This document shows positions 41,677-55,929 of a DNA stretch of 64,000 nt, piece after piece. The stretch covers positions 50,096,001 through 50,160,000 of the forward strand of contig OX597821.1 in the NCBI GenBank assembly GCA_951406725.2, written 5' to 3'. The DNA comes from Octopus vulgaris. Lineage: Eukaryota. Position numbers and translations under genes: made by a program. The first letter of the stretch is position 1. Each line of letters starts with the position of its first letter. The notes beneath the pieces were generated by a model. The model had not been told where the DNA came from. It saw only the letters and a program-made list of their open reading frames with translations, and did not search any database.

Positions 41677-41865
41677 TAATCCTTTCTGCTATAGGCACAA
41701 GGCCTGAAATTTTGGGGGAGGAGGTAAGTCGATTTCATCAACCCAAGTATTTCACTAGCACTTATTTTATCGACTCCGAAAGGATGAAAGGCAAAGTCGA
41801 CCTCGGTGAAATTTGAACTCAGATCGTAAAGAGAGAGAAAATGCCACTAAGAATTTTGTCCGATG
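41677..41865 (-). mobile_element. SINE-A with alternative tail
   Basis: Tail ccccaaaatttcaggccttgtgcctatagcagaaaggatt. Confidence 0.8.
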
Positions 41866-42713
41866 GTGGTAGTGATGGTGCTGGTGCGGGTGCTAGTGAT
41901 GGTGGTGGTGGCGGTGCTGCTGTTGGTGGAAAAGGGATAGAAGAAAGAGGAAGTGAACATTATGATGATAATAATAACAATGAGGAGAAAAGGAGGAAAA
42001 GGAGGAAGGGAAAGGGAAAAAGTAAAAAAGCAGTGATCAAGGAATCTAGCTTTGCTTCTCTCGGTTTGACACCATGTGTGTAGTAAAAGTTATTCCTTTT
42101 TTTGTCACTTAATCTGACTTAAAAATCGAATGACGTTACAGTGACGTCACTCTCTTGACGACTGAGGTTGATTTTTTTTTTCCCTAATCTGCATCAACAT
42201 CCCCATTAGTCAGATTAACGTAAATATTTATAGTACATGACATTTTATCGTCCATTTTATTGACGAAATATTTATGAAATCTAGCTTACAGGAACGTTGA
42301 AAACTGTTCACGTAAATACATAAACAGTTACGTGAGTGTGTATGCGCATGTTGAACAAATGCATGCGTGTATATGTTTGTGCATGGTGTGCATATGTATA
42401 AAGGAGTATACGAGTGTTACTATGTTTGTGTGTAGTCACATTTAGAAACATGTGTCTCACGCACTCCTCATGCTTCGCTTGAGGTTCCTTTAACTTTAAA
42501 ACTTCGAGTTTTGGTCGTTGTCTATGTTGCCGATTACCGTCACCCCTCCACCTGGAAATGAATCATACAGAGATGATCTGACAATAATTTTGAAGATAGA
42601 GGACATTAACAATAGATGGGGAAAGAAAGAGAGACTAAGAGAGAAAAAAGAGAGCGACGTACATATATATACATACATACAAACATACATACATACAAAC
42701 ATACATACATATA

Positions 42714-43500
42714 TCTATTATATAAAATCCGTTGTGTCTGTCTGTATGTGTGTCTTCTAGAATCTCGGGCATCCTCCATCCGATTGCGCTCAAATTTGAT
42801 ATGTAGATACCGATGGTATTAAGGCGTGTATAAGTCTTGAAAAAATTACAAAAATCGATTCCAGGTGAGAATGCGATCGATAAAATCGTGAGAACGTGCA
42901 TTTGTACGCACAAGTAAATCAGCTGTTGCGATCGATACTACGCGTACGCAAGAAAAATGCACATGCAGTTTACGCAAAAAAAGCCGGCTGGCTTGAAATA
43001 ATGCAGTATATTTAATGCAGTATATTTAATTTTCATCAAAAATCGCCCCAAGTTGATTCCCTACATGTTTTATCGGATAAACTTATTATTGTCCCAGGTA
43101 CGTTCTCATAAATTCATCATGCTTTTCCATCTAGATTTACCTCCAGCTAACCCATGCATCGTTTTGTCCTGCTTTTCTTCCATTTTTTGTTGTTTTTGTA
43201 CACGTTTCTTTCCTGCCAAGCCTACTGTTTAAACCATGTTTGTGTTTTCCCAGTCAACAGCCTTGTCATTACTGCTACTTTAAACTCTTCGGTTGCATAT
43301 TTGTGTGAATAAAATCGTTTTTCTTTGGAATAGAAAAAAATCTATCTTTATTTCTTCTTTTGTTGGTGTCTCAAATTTAGGTCAAATCAGTGTTTCTCAA
43401 AGGGGAGGCCTATGGGACGGTGGGACAAGTTGTCTTGAGAAAATTTGGTTTAAATGTTTAACAACTCAGCACCGTCCATTGGACGGGGGTCGTTTTGCTC

Positions 43501-43501
<1 letters not shown>
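42714..43501 (+). mobile_element. Non-autonomous Helitron
   Basis: A|TCTATTATATAAAA start; subterminal hairpin ccgtcc-att-ggacgg; ends CTCG|T. Confidence 0.7.
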
Positions 43502-43537
<36 letters not shown>

Positions 43538-43738
43538 TAGGTAGATAGATAGATAGATAGATAGGTAGGTAGGTAGGTAGGTAGGTAGGTAGGTAGGTAG
43601 GTAGGTAGGTAGGCAGGCAGGTAGGTAGGTAGATAGATAGGTAGATTGACAGAGATATGTGTATTTTTCCCTTGTTCATCACTATACATATCCATCACAT
43701 TCTGTTAAAATATCTCATTGACGAGTTTTATTTCTTCA

Positions 43739-43833
43739 TTCCCCTGAAGAGAAGATTACGTTGTTTTACACCATTTCATTCCTTTGGAATAATGCCAATA
43801 TACCAATGATGTCTTCGAAACATGTGTCGGAAG
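43739..43833 (+). ncRNA. Hammerhead-like motif with enlarged stem II
   Basis: ttccc-CTGAAGA-GAAGA..~56 nt..TCTTC-GAAACATGT-GTC-ggaa. Confidence 0.55.
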
Positions 43834-44026
43834 CAAAAGAATTTTAATAACACCTGCGTTTAATTCCATATACATATATATATTAGAGAAGAACTACCAT
43901 GTTGCAATTCAACAATGATATAATTAAATCATACCATATAGAAAAATATTAAAGATACGATAAAACATTTACCGAGAACTAAATAAAGTACGAAATAATA
44001 AATAAATAGTATATAATTAGTAAATA

Positions 44027-44107
44027 GACTACACGTGTTTCGTGGCTATATTTTCAAACTGATAACAATAAAGTCAATTCAATTTAAATATAGTCACTCA
44101 TCATGTC
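44027..44107 (-). ncRNA. Hammerhead-like motif with enlarged stem II (C3 mutated)
   Basis: gac-ATGATGA-GTGACTATATTT..AAATATAGCCAC-GAAACACGT-GTA-gtc. Confidence 0.55.
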
Positions 44108-44199
44108 CAAGATAAAAATAATAAAATAATATTTTATACAATTTTGAGGGGGCAGAAAGTGTGGGGGGGGGGGGGCAGAACACCCCCACCCAACCACCG

Positions 44200-44830
44200 T
44201 GAAAATTCTTTTTTTTCGGATTTTGATGAAATTTGAACCATAGGTATTAGAAATAAATTTTAAAATATACCCAAAATTTCCATTTCTTTGGATGATTTAA
44301 CCCCCACATTTTAGTCATTTTTCGTGGACCAAAATTACTGAATGGATCCTTATGATATTTGGAACTTAGATTGAATGCATAAGGGCGGGTATAATGCAGT
44401 ATGTTTGGTTTGCATCTGAGGGAGCTTGAAGGGGATTAAACCCCACTCTCATGAAAATTCACAAATTTCCGATGTTCATGAAATTTCAACTATAGGTAAC
44501 TGACACAAATCAAGAAGTATTCCCAAAGTTTCCGCTTCTCATGAGGATTCTAAGACTCCCTAACGAGGGATCATTTTTTATGATCCAAAGCAAGATCAAA
44601 AGTACTGAATGGATCTTTATGAAATTTGGAAATTATATTCTATACATAAGGACAGATGTAATGCAATATATTTTTGAAAGTGAAGGGGCATAAATGAGGC
44701 TGTAACCCCCATGAAAATTCATATGTTTTTGCTGTTGATGAAACATTAACCATGGTTATTAGACACAAATGAAGTAATATTCCCTAAATTTCAACTTCTT
44801 AGGAGTTAGTAAGACCTCTTAATGGGGACT
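44200..44830. repeat. Degenerate tandem repeat, ~255-265-bp period, ~2.5 copies
   Basis: tgaaaattc..atgaaa..taggta blocks near 44200, 44451 and 44711; tactgaatggatc blocks near 44336 and 44603. Confidence 0.7.
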
Positions 44831-45931
44831 TAACCCCTACAGTTTAGTCATTTTTCCTAAGCCAAGACGAATACAATTGTAGTCTTGGAAGCTGTAGAGT
44901 CACCCAAGGATACAAGATGAGAGTTATTTGTAATTCAATGGTACAGCAGTGTAAGAGTTTGCTTTGATATATACTTAAATTGTTATTTCTGCAATATGGT
45001 GCATAAATTGTCAAGCAAAGGAGACGCATCTTTGCCTCCACTGATTCAGTTGCAAAGTGTTATTGTAAGTAAAGTTATTTAGTTGCAGACCTCTTTTGAG
45101 TTTTTTCTCACTGAGTCAGAGATAGTCCCCAGGTGGTAACATTGATTTCAAGTCCTTTCCAGATAAGTGATTGGTCATTTAAAGAGATTTATAAATTGCA
45201 ACTTTATTCTGTTCAGTTACTTACCAGCATAGTGATCATTGGCAAACTTCAGAGGTGACACTTTCATTTCCCCTTAGCCCTAACGTCACACAGTTGTTAA
45301 TGTTTATTTGAGTCGGGTTACGCCCTTCCAGTTGCTATAGGTCTGTAATGCATTTTACGTCTGTGCCGGTCACCTATATGGTGAAGAATCCTACATTGGG
45401 AATTGGTAGCGACTAGGGTAGGTTAGGTGACTGCTTATTGTGATCATTCGTCTTTTGGTTTCATCTAGCTTTGCTCTCTTTTACAAACCCAGTGAACATT
45501 CATATATTTCCGATTTCAAAGAAATCTGAACAATGGATATAAGATACAATTTAAAAAAGATTCCTAACAATTCGTCTTATCTGGTTGACTTTGTAACAAT
45601 ATTTTAAGTAAATATTTTCTTGTTCTGTACTTCTCCAGGTTCATAATTTTAAGAATATTATTTCTCTTGCTCTCATTTTTCCATGTAATGTATGTATGTA
45701 TGTATGTATGTATGTATGTATGTATGTATGTATGTATGTATTTATATATATATGTGTATACATATATGTATGTATGCGTGCGTCTGTTATGTACGAATGT
45801 GTCTGCATATCGAGACACACATTCTTTTCATGGATAGATGCTCCTCACCAATCATTTCGAGGTACAAACAATATAAAATATATTTTATAATATATTAAAA
45901 CTATGTAAACTGTGTGTATTTTCCTTCTTTT

Positions 45932-45978
<47 letters not shown>

Positions 45979-45984
<6 letters not shown>

Positions 45985-46630
45985 GGGACAAGAACGCAAA
46001 ACATCCGGCCAGTTAGGTGATACAAAAATGGGACAACAAACATCCAGATAGCCGATACAAAGAAAACAAGGACGGGTCATTTGAAGTTTTCTTTCCTCAG
46101 TCAAGTACCAGATTATGTTCGCAATTTCAGTTTATTATATTTAGATTGCTCCAATCTGGCCAGCCCCAAGGAAAAACTAAGCTAAGAACATTAGATTTCT
46201 TGGAAGAAAGCAGCGAATGTATATAAAAACAAAGACGGAAAAAATGGGCAATGTTACACAAATACAATAAAAATAATAACAGGACATAACAACAGGAGTC
46301 TTTCGACTAAGGACGAATTAGATTAATCTAGCGTGTGTGGAAATGAAGCCTTACGGCAGGGATACAAGTTTTCACAAGCACAGGGAGGTATATCGATGTT
46401 GCACGGACAACGGCCAGACCAAGAAAGAAAGAACAAGTTTGGCCGAACGTCGGTCACGTGGGAGGAGAAGAGAGGGAAGTAGAAGCAGAGGAACAGAAGA
46501 ATTAAGGAGGGGCGAGAAAAAATGACAGGGACACGGTGAAGTAAAAAGTGGATGGAAAGTGAGCAAGAAGAGAAGGCAAAGAAATGTGAGGGGAAGCGAA
46601 AGAACGAAGAGTGGAATGGACGAATAAGCG
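45979..46630 (-). mobile_element. Diverged family C PLE-like module
   Basis: Collinear with 18606-19300 (gggacaagaacg, ggacggg.cat, cagtcaag.acc, gattgctcc, ttggaagaaagc, gtctttcgac, ggtcacgtg). Confidence 0.65.
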
Positions 46631-47679
46631 TGTGTGTGTGTGTCCGTACATATGAGAAAGAAAGAAACAAACAAAAAAAAAGAGTAAATTTTTCTTCGAC
46701 AGTCTTGTCTTATTAGTTCATGATTTTTTTTTATTCTTTGCAAACTCGAAATCTCAAAGCCACAAGATAATGCATGATTAATTAAAAACAATTTGAATAA
46801 ATAAATACTATATTTGACAGAATAATATAATCTGAATACTAAAGGATTAATGTTGTTGGAATGTAGAACGTATATTCATAGTCACAAGGATCCTTCCACA
46901 TCAATTATTTCAAACATTAATTGGAAAAGTGGCAAAAATGTCAACAATTATTTCTCACAGTGCAATGTGTTCATACACTTTCAGTTGGTAACTCGTGATT
47001 CTGAGAGCGATTTGGGTGATATTTTTAGCAAATTGTGTGACCACGAATAATTTTCATCTTCTATGTTCTTGCATTTATTTTGTAAGGTGTTGACTGGCAT
47101 CATCTTACAGGAAGGGAGTAACACATCAAGTGACCTGTTTTGTCTCAAGGATGTCCGGTTTTTTCTCTGCTGTTGCTAGCTGCCCAGAATTCTTTTTTTT
47201 TTTTTTATTTCGGCAGCAGTATGGAATGATTTCACTGGTAGGGACATTAACTTTGTCTTACGAACTTCCTGTGCGCCAGTTAAGATCAATGTAAAAAAAA
47301 TATTTGGAGTAATTGACAATTTATGATCGTTCACTCTCAAAGGCTTACCTCAAAGTAACAGGATAGAAAACCCCTGAAACCATTTTAAAATATATGCTTG
47401 TACATTCCAAAGATTATTAATCTACTGCGACGCAATCGAATATTTTCAGCTTTTTATTACAAGACGTGGTTTGAGGAAGCTTTAACTGCTGTTTCAAGTA
47501 GACTCCTTATAGGTCCTCAAGACCTATACTTAAAAGTGGTGGTGGTGGTGGTGGTGGTAAGAAGGGAAATCGCCGTTTCCGTCGTTGCCGCCGTCATGTG
47601 ATGGAGCTACAGTTTCCACTCGTGCTGTTACTTACGTCGTTCTTGTATTGATCGTCAGGATGATTGACTGGCAGAATTA

Positions 47680-47782
47680 TTTTTAGCTCAATAAACACTC
47701 ACAATGCCCGGTCTGGGAATCGAAACCGCATTCTTACGACCGCGAGTCCGCTGCCCTAACCACTAGGCCATTGCGCCTCCAC
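47680..47782 (-). mobile_element. tRNA-like SINE head
   Basis: ggaggcgcaatggcctagtggttagggcagcggactcgcggtcg..ggtttcgattcccagacc, running into non-tRNA sequence. Confidence 0.75.
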
Positions 47783-47783
47783 A

Positions 47784-48090
<307 letters not shown>

Positions 48091-49766
48091 AAGCGAGATT
48101 TGAACAAAGAACATAAAGAGACGTAATTAATTATAGCAAAGTAATTTGTTCGCAGGTCCTGCGATTTTGCCAGTCACAGCCTTGATTTTCTACCATAAGA
48201 TAGGTTTCAAGGTTAAGGGAAGATTTTAAGTCAATTTAATCAGTAATTAATTCTACTATTTTCAATGTTAAAATATATTATCGGTGTAATTTGAAATCAA
48301 GTTACTAGATACATTTTCTCTGTCGCACTACCGATCCTTCTGCTACAACCTCAGCAAACTTTCTCACTAATAATATTCCTATTCATAGTAACCTCACAGT
48401 TATTTTAACCCTAGAACAGCTTCCTTTGATTATACTTATGATCAAAGGTGTTTTCACTGTGACCACCTTGTCTTTCTCCTATATCATATCAATGCCCCCT
48501 TCATTTTACTGAAATGACAGAATGTGATTTGAAAAAAATTGAATACTATTTTTAAAACATCAAGCGATTGCGTAGAACCCTAACTCTAGCCTCCATTCAG
48601 AATTTTTGGCAGAATATAAATGTGATCCACGAGGAGTTCGGTGTACTGAGTTTTCCTTACGAAGTTATATCTTATAATCAATCAATCACAGATTGAAATA
48701 AACCACGTAGTGCGAAACTGTTTCTATTAGTTTCCTGCTAATTGCATTAGCGACTAACATTCCATCCCTTCAAAAAAATTGCACGTTGATATTATTCTGC
48801 TAATTCGTTCGGATGTTACACATTCAATAACTTTAATGAAGGAAGTCGAAGATAAAATCCGAAATATTTAACATAATGAAGCAAATTGGGGTTTTACGCT
48901 GTTGACAAACAACTATAGAACCAAATCGTGTTTTCCATTCCTCTGAATCCTTTCTGAAGTTATTTGAATTAACAAAAAAAAAATAATATTTTTATCGTGG
49001 TATTTTGAGAGACGAATCTTTCATTTTTTTTTTCTTTGTAGCTTCCATTGCAACTTTCATTTATCACCTTTTGGAATTTAAATAAATTTTACATCTTTAC
49101 TGACAAAAGGAAAACAAAAACGAACGAATTTATTGCATATATTGTTTTTGCTATTTTATCTGTGTTGCTTAATTCATAACAAATTTCTTAATATTAGCAA
49201 GCATCTGCAGTATGTATATATATATATATATATATGACGGTTAGAGCTTGTAATGGAAGCTAAATATGGTACCAGAAAATTACTATTGCCATCTCCTGAC
49301 ATAACATATTTCCGGTTTCTTCATAAAAGAAAGTACAAGCTATTAATATTTTTTTTTTTTTTTTTGTGGCCAAATTAGTTGTGTAGACAGCTTATAATAT
49401 AACGCACTTGGAACTCCTTAGTTGTCAACAACAGACAATATTTATAGCTTTGTGTGGAGTAGGCAGGATAAAGGAGGGGACAGACGTTGCTAAAGGGTCA
49501 GGAAGTCAAGCAACAAACAACTGGTGTGTCAGAGAAATAAGGTTTGATACCTTTGCATCATTGTCAAAATATCTAAGTGTCACAGAATCAGAATGAATGA
49601 GGAAAAGTTATTTAGATGAGGAAGCGTCCGGAAAATTTTTTACGCAGCTGCTAAGTGATTCTGAGTTTTAGAAAATGGAATTTGAAAAAAATCATATCAG
49701 CCACTGACAAAAATCGTTCACCCCATAAGTCTGAGGCCATGCTGAAGCATCGCCTTCATACACATA

Positions 49767-49857
<91 letters not shown>

Positions 49858-49923
49858 CAACCGCTTGACAAGTGTTGTACGTCTGTATTCAGTAAAATCC
49901 TAGTACGTTGATATTATAAATCA

Positions 49924-50059
49924 TGATGTAAGATCACCATGTCGCGCACATATAGTTGTGATGCATGTGCCTGGTGTACTCTTATCAGACGGGTAGTAAT
50001 GATGATTATAATGGTCTTCGTATATTTGTACTCGTGTTACTTTAATGGCATAATGATAT

Positions 50060-50138
<79 letters not shown>

Positions 50139-50716
50139 ACCAGGCACTGGCCCTCGTGGCATCTGATCTTAACTGATTGGAAGTGCTATCAAGTACATGT
50201 TTTTCTTAGTATAAAAGATGGGCTAGAGCAAATATTCTGTTCAATACCACAGATTTGCTTGTCAATTGTTTGACCTTAACCAGTTGAGCATGTCCCTTAG
50301 TGGCTCGCGATGCGTGCATCTCTGATCACGTGCAGGAGTAGTGGGAGAGCATTATAGCCATGTGTTGAAAGAAATTCTTTGGAATTTGAATAATTCTTCT
50401 CGGGAAACATGGGTGTTTCGTTCGACATCCTTAGATAATCTTTATTCAGGGACATTTTGAGCAGGATGGGCTACTCGAGCAACAGAAGATTCTAACTGGG
50501 CCCCACTTGCAAGGTCATGCGCTGTCTATCTTGATATAAGATCATCGTGTCGCGCACACATGGCTGTGATGCGTGTCAGGTCTACCCTTATCAGACGAGT
50601 TGTCATGATGGGTATATTGGGTTTTGTATTTTTGTATCCAAGTGTCACTTTTGTGTCATATGCTGTTTTTTCATATAATAATAATAATAATAATAATAAT
50701 AGTAGTAATAATAATG

Positions 50717-50797
<81 letters not shown>

Positions 50798-50818
50798 GTA
50801 GTAGTAATAATAATAATG

Positions 50819-50887
<69 letters not shown>

Positions 50888-51442
50888 CCCTGATGCAGTA
50901 CCAGGCAGAGGCTCTCATGGCTTCTGATCTTAACTGATTGGAAGTGTTATCATGTACATTGTTTTGTCTTGGTATAAAAGATGGGCTACAGCAAATATTC
51001 TGCTCAATACCACAGATTTGCTTGTCAGTTGTTTGACCTTAACCAGTTGAGCATGTCCCTTAGTGGCTGACGATATGTGCATCTCTGATCACGAGCAGAA
51101 GTAGTGGGGGAGCATCATAGCCATGTGTTGAGAGGGATTCTTTGGGGTTTGAATAGTTCACCTCTGGAAATATGGGTGGTTCTTTCAACATCCTTAAACA
51201 ACCCTTATTCAGGGACCGTTTGAGCGGGATGGGCTACTCAACCTGAAGAAAATTCTAACTGGGCCCCACCTGCAAGGTCATGTGCTGTTTATCTTGATAT
51301 GAGATCACCATGTCACCCACACATATGGTTGTGATGCATGTGCCTGGTGTACCTTTATCAGACGGGTAGTAATGATGGGTATATTGGGCTTCATATATTT
51401 TACCCCAGTGTCACTTTGATGGCATGAACTGCTCTCTCACTC
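49924..51442 (+). mobile_element. Three head-to-tail copies of a non-coding ~550-bp unit, variably 5'-truncated, separated by (GAT)n/(TAA)n
   Basis: Copies at 49924-50051, 50138-50674 and 50887-51442 share agatcaccatgtc..atcagacgggtagt..gtcactttg and have similar 3' ends. Confidence 0.8.
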
Positions 51443-51459
51443 AATAATAATAATAATAA

Positions 51460-52185
51460 TCTGTGCTGCCCAAGAACAAGCACTAAGAACATACTACATG
51501 AAATACAGAATAAACAGCACATCAGAAAGTGATAAGTGCAGAATCTGGGGACACAACGGTGAAACCGTATGGCATATTACCAGCCAATGTACGTCACTAG
51601 CCCAGAAGGAATATAAGAGACGTCACGACAATATAGCCAGGCTTGTCCATTGGACACTTTGTAACAAGTATGGACTTGACAGAACAAAAAATTGGTACGA
51701 CCACAAACCCGAAGGCATTGTCGGAAATAGAAATACAAAGATCCTATGGGATTTTATGATTCAGTGCGACCATGAGATTGAGAATAGGAAGACGGACATA
51801 GTCTTAATTGAGAAAGAAAATAAACTATGCTGGATCATAGATATAGCATGCCTAGCTGACAACAAGGTATGCGATAAAGAAGAAAGAAAAGTCGAGAGAT
51901 ATGACAGCTTAGCTTGGGAAGTAAAGCACTTGTGGTCGATGAAAAAGGTAGCAGTTGTACCAATAATTGTCAGAGCCCTGGGAACAGTGAGCAAAAATCT
52001 CGAGAAGTACGTGGAACAAATAGGGGCTGCAATAATTGTGGAGCACTTGCAGAAAACAGCACTGCTTGGAACCGCTCGAATACTCCGGAAAGTGCTCGAA
52101 AAATAAGAGGTGTTACCTTAGTTCAATGGTAGTGAACAGCTGACACTGTAGTGCATCTCCAGCATTAGAAGCTGTGCAAAGGCAA
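51460..52185 (+). mobile_element. R4/Dong-like LINE 3' end with an open 202-aa ORF (51498-52106)
   Basis: CAAQEQALRT, CRI..ETVWHI.SQC..LAQKEYKRRHDN, ILWDF.IQCD, R.TDIVLI, IIDIA, LQKTALLGTARILRKVL; (TAA)n on both sides. Confidence 0.92.
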
Positions 52186-52209
52186 TTATAATAATAATGA
52201 TGATGATGA

Positions 52210-52253
<44 letters not shown>

Positions 52254-52273
52254 GTAGTAATAATAATAATATA

Positions 52274-52356
<83 letters not shown>

Positions 52357-52830
52357 GCCATACCTTCTCATTGATATGACTGTCCCAATCGATATAAACG
52401 TATCTGTCAAGACCTACCAAAAACTGAGTAAGTATAAAGATCTTGAAATAGAAATTAGGAAAATGTGGAATCTGAAGACTAAAACAATACCGGTTGTCAT
52501 AGGTACCCTAGGAATGATAGCAAAAGGGGCTGATTGCTATCTACCTCAGATACCAGGAAACCCTAAGATGGCAGAAATTCAAAATATAGTGCTCATGGGA
52601 ACTGCTCATATCCTACTTAAAATACTGACTATGTAATCTCAAATTTTAAAGCAAACACATCATTTTCTTATGGTTTCTTAAACATTCTCTAGAACAACAC
52701 TGTGTACAAAACCAAATATATGACACCCTGGGCATAACACCAACATGAGCTTCTAACTTGTTGTCTCTTGAGGTCTCTGGGTGAGACTTGGAGCCAACTT
52801 GTAAAAATGCAAAGCAAAAGTCAAACATAA
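52357..52830 (+). mobile_element. R4/Dong-like LINE 3' end, different subfamily
   Basis: LIDMTVP.D.NVS.K..QKLSKYKDLEIE..KMW..IPVVIGTLG..LMGTAHIL; (TAA)n on both sides. Confidence 0.88.
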
Positions 52831-52831
52831 A

Positions 52832-52896
<65 letters not shown>

Positions 52897-53023
52897 TGAT
52901 GATGATGATGATGATATTTTTCTTATTGGCCACAAGGACCAAACACAAAACTAGAAGGAACAATGCAACGCAAGGGACAAGTGAGGCTTAGCACAAAAAT
53001 TCGTTTATAAAAAAAATTAAACA

Positions 53024-53360
53024 AGGAGTGACTGTGTGGTAAGTAGCTTGCTTCCCAACCACATGGTTCTGGGTTCAGTCCCACTGCGTGGCACCTTAGG
53101 CAAGTGTTTTATACTATAGCGTCGGACCGACCAAAGCCTTGTGGGTGAGTGGATTTGGTAGACGGAAACTGAAAGAAGCCCGTCATATATATGTGTGTGT
53201 ATGTGTATGTGTGTGTGTGTGTTTGTCATTTGTGTCTGTGTTTGTTCGGCAAAAAGGGGCCGATAAAATAAGTACTAGGAATACAAAGAATAAGTCCTGA
53301 GGTCGATTTGTTCAACTAAAGGCATGGCCACAGTCAAATGACTGAAACAAATAAAAGAAA
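53024..53360 (+). mobile_element. SINE-B
   Basis: Matches 28975-29370 with an internal deletion. Confidence 0.9.
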
Positions 53361-53768
53361 AGAAAAAAGACAATTAACGACAAAAATTCAACAATAAAAT
53401 TCACCAAACGGTGGGGTGTTCCACCCAAGGATGACCAAGAGGCACCTCCTTTTCCACCTCTCAAGAAAAGAAGAAAAGAACAAAAGCAAGAACAAGAGTG
53501 ATAGTAACGGTAATCAGAATAACAACAAAAATAGACCTCACTGCAAGAATACGGTAAGTTTGGCATTGGAGCGATTAAAGGAAAACAGTGACGTGATATG
53601 CGGCCCCCTTTCACTATCCTCCTTCTTTTTAGTCTCTGTTAACCTTCAGTTTCGCGATTTAAGGAATTAGATTAGTAACTCTACCACTTCCGATGCATGA
53701 GTTTAACTAACTAGCTATCTTATGTATTATCTGACTATTTTATTACTGTTTGTTACTATGTCAACTAA

Positions 53769-53985
53769 GGCGGCGAGCTGGCAGAATCGTTAGCACACCG
53801 TGCAAAATGCTTAGCGGCATTTCGTCTGTCTGCACGTTCTGGGTTCAAATTCCGCCGAAGTCGGCTTTGCCTTTCATCATCTCGGAGGTCGATAAATTAA
53901 GTACCAGTTGAACACTGAGGTCGATGTAATCGACTAGCACCCCCCCGCCCAAAATTCCTGGCATCGTGCCAAAATTTGAAACCAG
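53769..53985 (+). mobile_element. SINE-A with 19-bp TSD
   Basis: TSD ttgttactatgtcaactaa at 53750-53768 and 53986-54004. Confidence 0.92.
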
Positions 53986-54087
53986 TTGTTACTATGTCAA
54001 CTAATTAATTCCCTTGTTCAAAGGAACTGCATAACAGACATACACACATGGTAAATTCGACTATTGCTTCACAAAAATGATGAAATG

Positions 54088-54460
54088 AAGATAAATTGAT
54101 TTCCCACCATTACTCGAGTCTCATCAGAGGTATCTACATCACTTGACAAACCCCAGAGAGACAAACATCCAATCTGTAAATATCCACAACAAATTCATTA
54201 ACTTCAGAGAGCTGGAATAATTTGAATATTATATTTAACGTTATATCAATAGCCAGTCAACGAGGATTGAGGTATGGTATAGTATAAGTAAACCTATATA
54301 GTAGCCATACAAAATTGGTAATTCTAATTATTTCTCCCTCCGTAGATTGAGAAACATGAACAATCTTAATCGATTTTCGACCCGTATTGGGATTTCTTCA
54401 AAAGTATCTACATCACTTGACCTAACCAAAGAAACAATCAGTCAGTCTGTTTTGTACATC
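54088..54460 (-). repeat. Old direct repeat pair, each copy with a degenerate hammerhead-like motif
   Basis: gtatctacatcacttgac occurs twice. Minus strand CTGATGA-gac..GAAATC (54088-54132) and TTGAAGA-a-atccc-aatac-gggtc-GAAAATCGATTA (54364-54406). Confidence 0.45.
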
Positions 54461-54614
54461 TTTCCCTCCTCCTTTTCACAAACCAACTTATACCTGAAGC
54501 GTTAGCATAGGATGTCGAATGTCACCGTTTTGTCAAACTATATTTACAAACTTCCGTGAGCGAGATAACGGACAGACGGTCTATAATATAGACCGTAAAT
54601 TATATAGACTCTAT

Positions 54615-54935
54615 ATCATTTTCTATTCTAGGCACAAGACCCGAAATTTGGGGGGAGGAGCCAGTCGATTAGATCGACCCCAGTACGCAACTGGTACTTA
54701 ATTTATCGACATTGAAAGGATGACAGGCGGAATTTGAACTCAGAATGTAAAGACAGACGAAATACCTATTTCTTTACTACCCACAAGGGGCTAAATACAG
54801 AGAGGACAAACAAGGACAGACACACAGATTAAGTCGATTATATCGACCCCAGTGCGTAACTGGTACTTATTTAATCGACCTCGGCGGAATTTGAACTCAG
54901 AACGTAACGGCTTATCATTTCGCCCGGCGTGCTAA
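54615..54935 (-). mobile_element. SINE-A dimer with two different tails
   Basis: Junction taaagaaata|ggtatttcg at 54766/54767, identical to that at 7531/7532. Confidence 0.85.
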
Positions 54936-55296
54936 TATCAATGCTATCTTTTATCACATGCTCATCATCTTTTGCTGGATATGTGAATTTTATTATCAAG
55001 TAACTTTATAGATTGATTTTCATCAGGAAATGGTGAAAAGGGATGTCTACGTAGTTCTTTACACCTGCTTCTGAGGTACGATGGTCAACAAAAGCAGTTC
55101 TCCACATTGTGCCTTCATATATATAAGAGGTAGAATGGTGCAAGTTAGTGGATAAGAATCAACACAAGTCAGTACAGGTGCGAATTATGCAGACAGCCTA
55201 GCTCTCCCTTATTAGCGGTTTTGGCATATTAGTTCTAGTAGTTTGGATATTAATCAATCTAGGCTGAACCAAAACAAAGGACAACTAACATTCTCG

Positions 55297-55730
55297 TGGC
55301 TGTGTGATAAGGAACTTGCTTCACAACCAAGTAGTTTCGGGTTCAGTCCCATTTGGGTTAGTTCCTTATACTATAGCCTCGAGTCGACCAAAGGCTTGTG
55401 AATGAATTTGGTGGACGGAAACTGAAAGAAGCATGTCATGTGTGTGTGTACGTGTGCGTGCTTGTATCTATATGTCCGTCAGCCTATATGTATGTCCGTC
55501 AGCCTGTCTGTGTGTCTGTCTGTATGCCTTCGTCTGTGTGCCTGTGTCTATCCCATGTATCGCTTGACACCCGGTGTTGATGTGTCTACGTGCACGTAAC
55601 CGAGGATTCCGCAAAAGATACTGACAGAATAAGGTTTGACGAAAAATAAGTACTGTTGTCGATACATTTGACTGAAAATTTTTGAAGGCAATGCGCAAGC
55701 ACTGCCGCAAGTGTAATGACTGAGAGAAGT
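55297..55730 (+). mobile_element. SINE-B, diverged
   Basis: gtggctgtgtgataag..gacggaaactgaaagaagc..atgactga. Confidence 0.8.
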
Positions 55731-55739
55731 AATATATAC

Positions 55740-55794
<55 letters not shown>

Positions 55795-55827
55795 CAGACA
55801 TAACACATATATACTTATGTGTGTGTG

Positions 55828-55890
<63 letters not shown>

Positions 55891-55897
55891 GTATGTG

Positions 55898-55927
<30 letters not shown>

Positions 55928-55929
<2 letters not shown>

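Noticed and set aside
44845-45480. Possible decayed RTE LINE on the minus strand
   Set aside because: Too degenerate to assign by eye.
46850-47380. Possible old Tc1 relic on the minus strand
   Set aside because: One weak TGHP-like motif only; no TIRs found.
49924-52830. Repeat-spacer periodicity suggestive of a CRISPR-like array
   Set aside because: Eukaryotic context; the repeats are SSRs and the spacers are retroelement 3' ends; no cas genes.
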